This document shows, one piece after another, positions 1 to 12,600 of a stretch of 64,000 bases of DNA. The notes under the pieces are model-generated. The model was given only the letters and a program-made list of their open reading frames with translations, did no database searches and had not been told where the DNA came from. The stretch lies in NCBI GenBank assembly GCA_964016885.1, contig OZ024741.1, positions 325,624,001 through 325,688,000 of the forward strand, read 5' to 3'. The stretch comes from Eledone cirrhosa (Eukaryota). Every line of letters begins with the position of its first letter. Position 1 is the first letter of the stretch. The position numbers and the translations under genes are program-made.

Positions 1-454
1 TGGGGAAGGGGGAGATTTCGAAATTCTTATTTAGATTTACTCATGGTATTCTCATTAGAAACCCATTATATACTTGTTTAGCAGTAAATTAATTTACCAT
101 CTGTCATATACTATCCCCTCTTTTTCTTCCTCTATTACTAATATAAATACTTCAATTTTTCTGATTTTATCCAATTTATCCAAAATCTCTGAAGAAGAGA
201 CAACTGATTATACATTTGCTATCGAAAACTTGCTAACATTATATGATTACGCAAGCAGCGATACATAGGTATTCCGTCTGTTACAGAAACATATGTCAAT
301 ACCTAATAAATTCCTTTTTAAAAAAAGCACTTTCATTTTATATTCATCCTTTCTACATTTTCTCCGGAATATAATTACTCGTTGAGCAAACCTGCACGTA
401 CGCTGTTCATCTATAACGTAACGATATATTATCACTACATTATTGATAACCTGA

Positions 455-573
<119 letters not shown>

Positions 574-575
574 CA

Positions 576-633
576 CTGTTATATATATTTCGGTGACAAC
601 CGTTATGCAAGATTTATGACCTCATCAGACAGC
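576..633 (-). ncRNA. Minimal type I hammerhead ribozyme motif (Penelope-type)
   Basis: Minus strand reads ctgt-CTGATGA-ggt...acc-GAAA-T-ATAT-A-TA-acag: core boxes intact, stem I ctgt/acag, stem II ggt/acc, minimal stem III with palindromic ATAT loop, AUA cleavage triplet. Confidence 0.75.
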
Positions 634-654
634 TAGAAGTAAGTATATATATAT

Positions 655-1367
655 ATTATGAAAATAAAACAAAGAAGCCTTCAATACATCAAAAGTTTTT
701 ATTAGCCAACAATGTTTCGTCCTATTAAGGACTCATCAGGGCAATTAAAACTACAAGAAGCACTATCGGCCAATACAAGCCGAAAACTCAGAAGAATATG
801 GAGTGTACATACAATAAAGTATTGGAAGATTATGGGTAAAAATATATAATAAAAATCACTAAGGAGGTGGATAACATTTTGAACCATATTACAAATATAG
901 TCCAAAGCAAAAAACTAGAGCTAAACAAAGGTGGTTATATAGAGCGGGAATTGTAGTACTATATGTATATAATACAATATAATATAATATAATATAATAT
1001 ACTTGTAACAATATTAAAATTAAAATTAAAATTAAAAGGCACAATATACATATGCATATATATACACACACGTACGCACATATACATATACATCAATACA
1101 CATTTCCATCATTAACAGCACAAATTAAACCTGATTAAGAGTTTAAATATAAATAAGCATAATAGGAATAAAAATAAAAATAATACGTATATATAATATA
1201 CAGTATAACATGAAGTAATGAAATGATTAAAAGTAAAACATATAATATATAATAAACTATATAATTATATAATATATAATATAATATAATAGATAATCTC
1301 CGGTTAATTTACACAAACAATATAGATGTCACAATAACACTATAATAATAATATAATAATATATAAT
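655..1367 (-). repeat. Inverted copy of the Penelope-like element 3' region (inverted pseudo-LTR)
   Basis: Near-exact reverse complement of 3542-4244 (one ~10-bp indel, few substitutions); ORF track gives the same peptide at 702-905(-) and 3994-4197(+). Confidence 0.92.
699..748 (-). ncRNA. Hammerhead ribozyme motif in the inverted pLTR
   Basis: Reverse complement of 4151-4200: gcc-CTGATGA-GTCC ttaata GGAC-GAAAC att GTT-ggc. Confidence 0.8.
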
Positions 1368-1611
1368 ATATAATATATATAAGTTAACCCACCGGACTCG
1401 TAATAGGGAATCTAATACCTCTAGGAATCAAGTCGAACCCTCTGAGCGCACACTCATTGGTGATGCTTTTGCTAGATCTAATTCTAATAATGTTGTTTCT
1501 ACTGATCCTATTATTGGCCCTAATCCTTTTGATAGGATTCCAGACAGCAGCAGATATACTAAAGGTAGAAACAGAAAGAGACTTAATGGAATTTCGGCTG
1601 ATTCTAATAAT

Positions 1612-2448
1612 GTGGTTTTAACTAATCCTTGTAGTAACCCTAGTCTTAATAATGGAATATTGGATAATGGTAGAGTCGGAAAGGATAAAAATAGAAGGAG
1701 ACTAAATACTTATTTTAACCCGCCATATAATCAGGAAGTATTAACTAATATCCCTAGGTCTTTCTTTTCTATCTTAGAGAAAAATTTCCCCCCTTCTCAT
1801 AAATACCATAGTATTTTTAATAAAAATGTAATTAAACTTTCATTCTCTACCACCCCTAATATTAGTTCTCATTTAGCTAGCACTAACAATAGGAAAATTA
1901 GGGATAGATACTCCTCTCTACATACTACTAGTCAGAACAGATCTGCAAATGCCTTACCACCAGGGCAGACCTTATCTAATAGTAATCCTACGTGTAATGC
2001 ATCACTACTTCAGCCAATCAATAGCACCCGGAAGTGTAACTGTAGAGTGAGTGCTAACTGCCCTTTAAACGGTAACTGCCTCTCTAAGAACATCGTTTAT
2101 GCTTGCGTAGTTATAACTAATTCCTCTAATAGAACTTATATAGGCTCTACATCTAACACTTTTAAGACTAGGTTTAATTCTCATATCTCTAATTTCAAAC
2201 ATGTTAAGTTTAAGAATTCTACTTCTTTAGCACATTATATCTGGGATCTTAAGGGGGCTAATATACCATATAGCCTTAATTGGCGTTTAGTAGCACGCTC
2301 TAATAACCTTTCTACACATACTAAATTTTGTAATCTCTGTATCCTTGAGACACACTCTATAATTTTCTCTAGTGAATCCTTACTTAATAGAAAGTCTGAG
2401 ATATTCTCTTCTTGCCCCCACGCTATTTCTAATTCTTACTTTTATTAA
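1612..2448 (+). CDS. C-terminal part of Penelope-like polyprotein: linker plus GIY-YIG endonuclease (RT absent)
   Basis: YFNPPY..V.TNI linker, CNCRxxxxCPL, IVY...TYIGST..FKTR...H, CNLC..E, LN..SE...SCPH. The Cys pattern recalls the Naiad group (tentative). The frame appears open upstream toward the truncation point. Confidence 0.88.
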   Translation: MVLTNPCSNPSLNNGILDNGRVGKDKNRRRLNTYFNPPYNQEVLTNIPRSFFSILEKNFPPSHKYHSIFNKNVIKLSFSTTPNISSHLASTNNRKIRDRYSSLHTTSQNRSANALPPGQTLSNSNPTCNASLLQPINSTRKCNCRVSANCPLNGNCLSKNIVYACVVITNSSNRTYIGSTSNTFKTRFNSHISNFKHVKFKNSTSLAHYIWDLKGANIPYSLNWRLVARSNNLSTHTKFCNLCILETHSIIFSSESLLNRKSEIFSSCPHAISNSYFY

Positions 2449-3541
2449 AAAGTTAAAGATTCTAGTAGTGTAAATTGTATCCATTAGCTGATATATTCCA
2501 TTACTTATTTTTTAGTTTAGGTGCATTTTGTTTACCACCATTATTATCATCATTATTATCATTGGTTTTTGACAACTTTTTATTCTAGCTCTCATAATAT
2601 TTTGGCTAATATACCATATCTATCTTCTTACACATTAAATTTTCACTATTAACACCTTATGAGTATATATCTGATTATATATTTTATATTATTTTATTTC
2701 ATTTTATTTTATTTTATTTGGATTCCTCTTTGGATAACTACCCCCTCCCCCTTCCCCCCATGCACACATAAACTTATTGCTAACCCCTTCAAATATATTA
2801 TGATCATATTTAATCCCCTTTTTTATGCTCCTTTCTATTATATAATACAGTATATTGATTATGATTTTATGCTCCTTTGTATCCCTCATACATTTCTTTT
2901 TTTCTGTCCACATTAGCCTACCATAATTCTGCTTATAGTCAGTTTATTAGATAACGTTATGTAAATGATAGTAGAATATTTCATTCCTTTCTATATATAT
3001 TTATAGTAATATCTTAATGTATAGGGATTTTGATTACTTAAACCATAGCTAATATTGTATTGCCTTATTAAGTATTTTAAATATTTTCAATATTAATTTA
3101 TCAAATAGGGTTTTCTAGTCATTTATCCGGGTTGTTTCCTAAGTTTTTACTTAACTGCATGTGAGACCTAAGTAAATACTTTTGTTTTTGTTTTTTGATT
3201 TCCGGTCGATTTTATTTATTTATTTATTAATACTACTGTGCATAGTATTTTCTGTCTGGCCCTTATTCACTCATTCACATATGTGTCTGTTTACCAACCT
3301 TGTAATTATATATTATATTATGTTCATTATTTTATATTGAAGTTATTCAACTCTTTGTAAATGTACTATTGATCCTTATTACTTACCGATGATTTTATGT
3401 ACCATTATGATATGTTAAATTTTATATATTCTGTAAGATGTTTATATTTTTGTACCATCATAATTTTGGTATTGTACAATATATATTTTTTTCTTACCTG
3501 CTCTGTAACTCTATATGAATTGATTTGTTAATTTACATGCC

Positions 3542-4244
3542 ATTATATATTATTATATTATTATTATAGTGTTATTGTGACATCTATATTGTTTGTGTAA
3601 ATTAACCGGAGATTATCTATTATATTATATTATATATTATATAATTATATAGTTTATTATATATTATATGTTTTACTTTTAATCATTTCATTACTTCATG
3701 TTATACTGTATATTATATATACGTATTATTTTTATTTTTATTCCTATTATGCTTATTTATATTTAAACTCTTAATAAGGTTTAATTCGTGCTGTTAATGA
3801 TGGAAATGTGTATTGATGTATATGTATATGTGCGTACGTGTGTGTATATATATGCATATGTATATTGTGCCTTTTAATTTTAATTTTAATTTTAATATTG
3901 TTACAAGTATATTATATTATATTGTATTATATACATATAGTACTATAATTCCCGCTCTATATAACCACCTTTGTTTAGCTCTAGTTTTTTGCTTTGGACT
4001 ATATTTGTAATATGGTTCAAAATGTTATCCACCTCCTTAGTGATTTTTATTATATATTTTTACCCATAATCTTCCAATACTTTATTGTATGTACACTCCA
4101 TATTCTTCTGAGTTTTCGGCTTGTATTGGCCGATAGTGCTTCTTGTAGTTTTAATTGCCCTGATGAGTCCTTAATAGGACGAAACATTGTTGGCTAATAA
4201 AGACTTTTGATGTATTGAAGGCTTCTTTGTTTTATTTTCATAAT
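3542..4244 (+). repeat. Penelope-like 3' region/pLTR, partner of the inverted repeat at 655-1367
   Basis: Reverse-complement match to 655-1367. Confidence 0.92.
4151..4200 (+). ncRNA. Minimal type I hammerhead ribozyme motif
   Basis: CTGATGA at 4160-4166, perfect stem II GTCC/GGAC, GAAAC at 4181-4185, short stem III inside quasi-palindrome AACATTGTT, triplet GUU, stem I gcc/ggc. Confidence 0.82.
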
Positions 4245-4720
4245 TCTTCGGCTCTGTTTAATTACATTGAGCTATACCTTTTACTGTCATTTCTATAATA
4301 CGAAGAGGGTGTTTAACTCCAACACGCTCCAGTATTTTAATCCTTATATATATATATATTTAGGTTTGTTGGTTCACCACTGGATAGAACTCGTCATTCC
4401 GTATGGTCAACCTTGATGTAATATTATGAGCACTCAACATAATGCAACTCACCCGTCTTCGTTTGCGTAGTTGGTGGTGCGATTACGGAGTTAATTATTA
4501 TAAAATAACAGGAGGCTGGACTGGTGTAAATCCTTGAAAGGTTTATTATGCTATGATCATTTCAATGACCGGGTTCAGTATGAATCCGGTCACATAATCA
4601 GGTATTCAAAATATAACAAAGGAATATAACAGATAAAATCCATGGGGCTGAAAATCAGAGACAAGAGGACGACCGACTATTTAGCAGCTTCTATCTAGGT
4701 TGGCCGCCCTCAGGTGTTGA

Positions 4721-5245
4721 TTGTCCAACAGAGGACACCACACCCGAGGCACTAATACCTGCTCCCTGAAGCTCCCACGCTTCAGTGACGAAACAACAAC
4801 AGCCATCCGCAGAGCTATCAGACGAGAGGGACTAAATATCCAACTAGCCCACTCAGGACCTTCTCTACGCGGACAGCTAACCAAAAGACACCCCACCAGA
4901 CATGACAGCCGCTGCAGGCTACCCAACTGCCCCATCAACGACACAGACCTATGCCACCAGGCTTACGTCGTATACAGATTAGAGTGCGACAAATGCAGCA
5001 ATTTCTACATAGGTAGCACCACCAAACCGCTTCACACAAGCATAAAAGAACACGTCAGTACTAACGCTTCCTCATTTAAGAAACACCTAGTGAAATGCAA
5101 AAACACCGACAAAAACATAATAGTTAGGATAGAAGCTAAGGAAAGAAACCTCGGCAATCTTAGAATTAAAGAAGCACTGATTATAGACAAAACGCAACCA
5201 CCAATCAATAACAGACTAGAACTCAACACCCAATTTTTAACATGA
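4721..5245 (+). CDS. GIY-YIG endonuclease domain of a second, different Penelope-like element (5'-truncated)
   Basis: VVYRLECDKC..FYIGST..LH..IKEH...KH...LRIKEALII...P.IN.R.E motifs with a Cys-rich linker upstream. Confidence 0.88.
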   Translation: MSNRGHHTRGTNTCSLKLPRFSDETTTAIRRAIRREGLNIQLAHSGPSLRGQLTKRHPTRHDSRCRLPNCPINDTDLCHQAYVVYRLECDKCSNFYIGSTTKPLHTSIKEHVSTNASSFKKHLVKCKNTDKNIIVRIEAKERNLGNLRIKEALIIDKTQPPINNRLELNTQFLT

Positions 5246-5654
5246 TAGAGTACCTAGCCGCATACTTACATCTCGACGTACTCTCTCTCACACACACACA
5301 CGCACACGCACACACACACGCTTACACCTCCACTTATTCTCTCTCACACACACACATACACACACAAAGACCAGTTTTAACATGATAGAGCATCTAGCCC
5401 CCACATTTACATATAAACATATCTTCTCACACTCACACACACAACACACGCACACACATACGCATGCTTGCACCTTCACGTATTCTCCCACACACACTTA
5501 AACATACATGTCCAAACCCCTTTTTAAAGGGAGACAACTCTTTATCCACCTAACCTTCACTCTTTGACATTAGAAATAGAATGGAATTTCTATATCAGTT
5601 CCTGTCAGCATGACTTGGCAAGCTAATTAGAACACTGGATTAGCCCCTTTACTT

Positions 5655-5692
5655 CCCTCCGAAGAAGTGATATTATCTCGAAAATTAAGGAT
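5655..5692 (+). ncRNA. Degenerate hammerhead-like motif in 3' UTR of the second Penelope-like element
   Basis: cct-CCGAAGA-A-GtGATA t TATCTC-GAAA-atta-agg; U4 replaced by C, so probably inactive. Confidence 0.4.
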
Positions 5693-5848
5693 ATTCAAAT
5701 AGATTTAAGGTAAAAGACTAATTGTCAGCAATATCTTTAGCATTTGTATTTATATTCTATATCCATACCCGCTTTGTTTTGGCCTTCTAACTCCAAACGT
5801 TTATACCTCATTACGCAATGCTTTGCTTCAAGTAAGCTACAATTTCCT

Positions 5849-5909
<61 letters not shown>

Positions 5910-5922
5910 TATATTCGTGTAC

Positions 5923-6262
5923 ATATTTTCAATAGTAATACTATACTAAATATTTTCAACAGTAATATTGTACTGTACTAGATATTTTCAACAGTAATAC
6001 TATACTATATATTTTCAACATTAATACTATACTATACTATATATTTTCAACAGTAATACTATACTAGATATTTTCAACAGTAATACTATATATTTTCAAC
6101 AGTAATACTATACTAGATATTTTCAACATTAATACTATACTATACTAGATATTTTCAACAGTAATACTATATATTTTCAACAGTAATACTATACTATATA
6201 TTTTCAACAGTAATACTATACTATATATTTTCAACAGTAATACCGTACTATATATTTTCAAC
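5923..6262. repeat. Minisatellite, ~22-32-bp unit (TATTTTCAACAGTAATACTATACTA)
   Basis: About a dozen tandem units with a variable number of ATACT subrepeats. Confidence 0.9.
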
Positions 6263-6310
6263 AATCGTTATAACAATACTAATAGCAATACTAATAATAG
6301 TAATTAAGTA

Positions 6311-6452
6311 ATTATTATTTCTACTTTTGGCACAAGACCAGTAATTACCCAGTACATTACTGGTACTTTATTTTATCGACCCTGTAAGGATGAAAGGCAA
6401 AGTTAACCCCGACGGGATTTGAACTCAGACCGTAATGGGACATATCTATGCT
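6311..6452 (-). mobile_element. tRNA-derived SINE, family A (partial)
   Basis: Reverse complement of the family A body seen at 18796-18984. Confidence 0.82.
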
Positions 6453-6632
6453 AGAAAGCATACGTGGTTTATGGTGTTTTATTGACTGTTGTGCGAAGGG
6501 TTGCTTTTGGTGCTTGGTTATATGTATGTATTTAGGACCTATTTGTGTATGCTATGGTGTCAGCTATGTTGGGTGCAGTAGGGAAAGAGAATGTTACTGA
6601 ATATCTGTTAAAAAGCGTGGGGTAACTGTGTG

Positions 6633-6670
<38 letters not shown>

Positions 6671-7740
6671 AATAATGAATCAAAACATATCCTATATGTT
6701 TAGAATTTTGTGTTTCTGAATAAGCATTCTCAATAGACATTAGCAAGAGCCATAATAACTAAACGAAAAAATATATATGTATATATATAGAGAGAAAGAG
6801 CCCTTTATTTAGTAAGAAACATAGTATATTGTATACATATTCTATAGAAGAATATGTACACAGGTGTAATCATAAGGGAAAAAACTTATACCGCTATTTC
6901 ATTCCTGGAGAGTGTAGCTCAAATTAAATCTATGTAAACGATCACTGAAAAAAAAATCAATGAATATAATCGATCGTCAGAGACAAACTATCGATTATCA
7001 TTAACCCACACGAGACACAGGTACTCTTTGGAGATTTGTCTCACCATTCTAAGGGAAATATAAGATGAAGTTGGAAAATAAGACAATATACTTGCCGATA
7101 TCTATAGCTATGTCCAACGCGACCGTCATGCTGAGAAACACATGGTGAAATCACGTTAAACCCAAGGCAAATAGATATCAATAAGGTGGACGTTAACACC
7201 GCTAGAAATGGGAGCAGGGATTATAGTCACCGAGCTCAAAAAGTTAGGAGTTTGGAGCCGTTAAATACAAATAATGAATCAAAACATATCAAATATGTTT
7301 AGAATTTTGAGTTTCTCAATAAACGATACAATATACTGTGTCTCTTATTCGATATATGGCTCTTTCTCTCTTTATATATACATATATATTTTTCATTTTT
7401 GGTTATATATTGGTTTGGTTATATATATACAGTTTTGTGAGGTTTTTGATATGAAATCGTGTGTCGAAACAAATATAAATAAATAAATAAACAGACTAAT
7501 TAAAGATGGCGTAGGCATACAATGCAACGGGAGAAAACATAATAGCACCACTGACGATATTGCAGATGTGCAACGAAAGAACTTTGTTAGACTATATATA
7601 TGTGTTTGTGTCTATATTGTATCTGTATTTTTGACCGTTGGTCAGTCAATGGTAACATTGAGGACCGAATAAATTAACCGATATAAAAGACACAGAAGCG
7701 AAAACCAACCAAACAGTGAGTGTGTTGTTATTATTTCTGG

Positions 7741-7763
7741 CAAATATGACCCTCCCCAAGTAT

Positions 7764-7837
<74 letters not shown>

Positions 7838-7860
7838 ATACTTGGGGAGGGTCATATTTG
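7741..7860. repeat. Foldback inverted repeat around a (TA)n core
   Basis: caaatatgaccctccccaagtataacaata (7741-7770) is the reverse complement of tattgttatacttggggagggtcatatttg (7831-7860). Confidence 0.9.
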
Positions 7861-8516
7861 TGTAATAATATTGCCAGAATTAATAATAGAACACACACAC
7901 ACACTCATATATATATATATATAATATTACCTGTATGTTTTGTGAAGGTACGTATACTTTCTCGTACGTATATTTGCTTGTATTTGTTATAGGCGTATAT
8001 ATTATATTATATATACTGGTACATATATTATATTATATATACTGGTTATGTGTATACGTGAGTTTTGCGTTTGTGTGTGTATGCGGGTTTGCGCGTATGT
8101 AGGGTGTGTGTATATGTATACTTTGTGTTTTGGTTGACGTACGTTTAGCGAACATATGTGTATTTACATGTAGGTGTGTGTGAGCGCGCGTATTTATGTG
8201 TGTATATTTATATGCGTTTATATAATTATATGTATACGCGCGCACACACACACACACACACATGTATATATATTGTTTTATGTGTATTTGGTGTATACGT
8301 TCGTATGTGTGCGGGTACAGGTGTTGCGTGGGTTTTTGTGTACGTGCTTGTATTTGCATACCCATGGCGGGTGTTTTCGTGTATGCATGTGTATGTACGT
8401 AAATGGATGCGTGCATGTATATATTTAATTTTTGTTGATTTCATTTACCTCTGTAATTTATTTACATTATTCTTAACTCTGAAACCGAGAATCATTCGGT
8501 TTCCCAAATAGAATTT

Positions 8517-8783
8517 TAGTCTACGATTTCATTTCTACCATAAACGTGGTTTTGTGTTTGCGTGTAATTGCTCTCACGTATAACATAATGACGTATTATC
8601 TTCGTTTTTTCCGTTCATTGCCAGACAACGTCTCCATGAACCACTTAATAGAATATTAGTCTACGACTTCATTTATACCATAAACGTGGTTTTGTTTTTG
8701 CGTGTAATTGTTTTCACCGCCCCAAATAATGACGTATTATCTTCGTTTTTTTCCGTTCTTTGCCAGGAAACGTTTCCACGAAC
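8517..8783. repeat. Tandem duplication of a ~140-bp unit
   Basis: tagtctacga...ccataaacgtggttttg...gacgtattatcttcgttttt occurs at ~8517 and ~8657. Confidence 0.85.
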
Positions 8784-9362
8784 CAAAGTATCGTCTTCCT
8801 GTCTTCCTTCGGTTGCATCATTTTTTCGAAATATTTCACGTTTTTTCACAGATTGATTTTTTTTAGTTTCAGAAGATCCCGTAAAGGGTGAAACAGCGAT
8901 TCTTTGCTTAAACTTAAATCTCTTTTTTTAATAAATTAATATATATATATATATGCATGCATATGTGGATTGTTAGTCCGTGCATGCGTATGTATATAAG
9001 TATATGATATGTATCTACTAACTAAATCAGCAAAACCGTGCATTGTATCTTTTATGAAACGACATTACTAATATATCTTGGGAACACCTGTAACAATCTC
9101 CAAATGTCTTCTTACATTATAAACATTCTTACTCTAAAGCAAAATGTCTTTTCATGATTTATGACACTTTTTGAAAACGAAATTTTGGTGTCCATCACCT
9201 GCCTTATAAAGAAAAAATGAAGATATAATATTTATGTATTGTTTCTTTTTTATTCAATCATAGTCTTTAAATCTGAGTTATAAACATATTTAACGCGTAA
9301 AAAATATTCCTTTTCTTTTCTTGCTTTCCATATCTTAAACTCTAAAATATACGCATTCCCAT

Positions 9363-9366
<4 letters not shown>

Positions 9367-9396
<30 letters not shown>

Positions 9397-9450
9397 TGTA
9401 TGTATGTATGTATGTATGTATGTATGTATGTATGTATGTATGTATGTATG
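9367..9450. repeat. (TATG)n microsatellite at the 3' junction of the R4/Dong-like element
   Basis: Tetranucleotide run. Confidence 0.95.
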
Positions 9451-9647
9451 TTCTTCTGGCTTTATAATTTCACAAATTTTTGCCAATAGAGAGAGAGAGA
9501 GTCGGTTTCTAACATAGACACAAAACACTCTCATTGAAATTTACACATCAACTAGGTAGTTATGTTTGAATGTCTGCATGCATGTATGGGCAGGTATGGA
9601 TGTTATTGTATGTGTGAATGTGTATGTTTTGAGTTGTATGTGTGCAT
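9451..9647 (-). mobile_element. Short 5'-truncated copy (3' UTR only) of the R4/Dong-like element
   Basis: Similar to 9661-9850, separated from it by a few TATG units. Confidence 0.72.
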
Positions 9648-9660
9648 GTATGTATGTATG

Positions 9661-12600
9661 TTCTTCTGGTTTTATAATTTCACACATTTTTTCCCAATAG
9701 AGATAGAGTCGGTTTCTAACATAGACACAAGACTCTCTCATTGGAATTTACACATCAACTAGGTAGATTATGTATGCATGCACGCATGTGTAGATATGGA
9801 TGTTATTGTATGTGTGGATGTGGATGTTTTGAGTTGTATGTGTGCATGTGTATATGCTTTGTATCTGTACATGTGTATATGCAGTTTTTAGATGCAAAAT
9901 GTTTGGAATGTTTTACATATTTTTACTGTTCCATTAATGGATTGTACTTGTAATTTCCTAACTAGTTGTGTTCTTTTTCTGTTCCTGTGAAGCCCAGCTT
10001 CTCAAGATTTGTATTGAGGCAGTTACTAACATAGCCCAGTGTCTCAATAATGACAGGCATAAACCTGAAGGTGTAATCAGGGTGGAGTATCTGCAGATTT
10101 CTCATCACATTCTGCATAAATATTCTCCTTTTCGCTAATCTTTGATATTATATTGGCATCTGCTGGGCAGCTAATCTCCACTACTGTGCATGCCTTCTTT
10201 TCCCTGTCCCATATCATAACATCTGGTCTGTTATGCCTGCATTTTATTGGGATTTTTACAGGAACATTCCACCATTACTCTTTCATATTATATACATTGA
10301 TGTCTTCCGCATAGCTGTAGCTTTGAATGTGTTTATAATCGGGGCTATCTTTTTCACGCAGTGCATTGTACAGTGTTTTAGCCACTATATCATGCCTCAT
10401 AGGTAGATAGTACCGCGATGACATCTTTGGACAGCTGCTGATGACATGAGTGATATTCTCGATTTCAATTCTACAGAGTCTGCTCTTGTTATCACATCTA
10501 GGTGTTTTGCCTGCATCCCTATCTCTTTTGTGAATCAGGTATTTAGTGTTAATCTCCTGTTCTTGGATTGCAAAAGCGCATCCTTCAAATTGGGAGCCAA
10601 TATAGCGGTTGTTGATCCAAGATAGACTACTTTCCTTATCTATATTACTCTCACTCTGGAGCTTCCTGGCAACATATCCATGCATGATTTTTTGCTGATA
10701 AGTATGCAGTTTTTCATCCATGGACTCACTGCGATACTGCTGAGCGACTTCCCTGAGTGTGAGTTTTTGATTATCACACAGGGAATATCTCTCAAGGAGT
10801 TCCTTCCCAACTCTCATGATCTTATCTGTTTCATGCAGATAGACTTGCTCGAGAAACGGGTTCCTACGCTTCGAGGTTCGTAGATGTTGTCGGAGAGATA
10901 TGATGCGACAATCAAATGTCTGGACTGATGTTAGGCCTCTGCCTCCCTGCTTACGTTTCAAGTAAAGGCGGTCTATGTCACTGTTGATGTGGAAGTTTCC
11001 GATGTTGTTTAGTATTTTTTCGAGTTCCAACATCAACTGCTCGGATTTCGTCTATCGTCCAATTGAATATTCCAAACGTTGGTGTTAGGACAGGCACAGC
11101 AAACACATTGTGAGCCACTGTTGTGTTTTACGCAGAGGGTTCCGATGACCAGATCTTTCTTAATCGGGTGTAGTATTCCCTGGTTACGCGTTCCTTATTA
11201 CAGATACCATTATAGGATATGTCCTCATCTATGCCCAGGTATCTGTAACAGTCCTCATCAGATATCGGTAAAACAGTTAGGCCATTGATGACAATGTTGC
11301 TGGATTGGGTCGTTGTTTTTCCACGCTTTACAGTCATGTATGAGCATTTATCTTGGCCAAACTCCATTCCTATATCTTTTGAGAACGTTGTAACCAGGTC
11401 AAGATTTTTCTTCATCCCATCCATGTTCTTGGCATAGAGTTTCAGATCGTCCACAAAGAAATTATGGGTTAGGTTCGTATTTCTGTCTTCTTGTGAGCCA
11501 ATGATGTATCCCTCACATTTCTTGAGCAGAAAGGACAAGGGGTTTAATGACAAGATGAATAATATCACAGAGAGACTGTCCTGAAATATACACCTGAAAT
11601 ATTTTATTTTATCAGTGAAAATAGAGTCCTCCCTCTCTGTCTTTAACCTTAGGATAGTAGCTATCTATGGCTCTGACAATAATGTCTGGGACTTTAGCAA
11701 GATGGAGGGCCTCTATCATCCAAGAGTGGGGAACATAATCGAAAGCTTTCCTGTAGTCCAGCCAGACTGTAGCCATATTCCTCCTAAGTTGTCGCACCTC
11801 CGACATCGCAGTTTTGTTGATTAGGAGTTGTTCAGCGCATCCCCAAACCCCTTTCTTTCCAGCTGCTTGTTCATCTGTGATGATGTTATTATTTTCACAG
11901 TGATCTTGGAGAAATAGGTTCAGGCAGGTTATTATACATCAGGTTCTGGCATGCAATGGGTCGGTAGTTTTTGCCAAGTGGGTGTCTTTGTCCTTGGGGA
12001 CCAGTAATGTTTGTGCTAATGTCAACCATTCTGGTATAAGTGTATCTCCCTTAAGAACTTGTTGGTAGAGGTCAGTAAAATACCTCCGATAGAATATCAG
12101 TTTTTTGTACCAGTAGTCGACAATCATGTCTCTTCCTGGTGTTTTCTTATCTTGGAGTTTTCCTATCACAGTCTCAAGGGTACCCTCACTTATTTCGTAT
12201 GTTTTTGTTGTAGTGTAGGAGTAATATTTCTTTCGGATTTCTTTTAGCCACACTGCATCTTGGTTGAAATTCTTCTTCTTTTCACCCCATATTTTTCTCA
12301 AAAAGGAATCTATGTCTTTCTGGGATGGGGCCTCAGGAACACTTATTATTTTGCCCTTCATATCTCTATAGACTGATGTTTGGTTTCGTCTGAATCTGTT
12401 ATTAAACACTTTTCTTTCATCTATCTTCTTCAGGTATCGGCGTTTTTCGCTAACAGCTCTCAATTCTTGTTTGAGGGTGATCAGCTTATATTGAAGAGTT
12501 CTGGTTCTACTCTTACCAAACATCGTCTCTATTTTATTTTTCACTCTTTGTTGGTGAGGAGTGAGGTTTTTTTGTGTTTGTTTGCATGTAAGGAGCATTG

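Larger units (their letters stand above)
655..4345 (+). mobile_element. 5'-truncated Penelope-like retroelement with inverted pLTR
   Basis: GIY-YIG ORF, long AT-rich 3' UTR, hammerhead near the 3' end, inverted duplicate of the 3' region upstream, short (TA)n runs at both ends. Right boundary approximate. Confidence 0.82.

Noticed and set aside
1612-2448. Selenoprotein-encoding (Naiad-type) Penelope ORF linked to the UCA-anticodon tRNAs
   Set aside because: No in-frame TGA in the preserved ORF, no SECIS recognisable by eye, and the UCA genes are not tRNA-Sec.
5923-6262. CRISPR-like array
   Set aside because: Contiguous minisatellite units without unique spacers, eukaryotic context, no cas genes.
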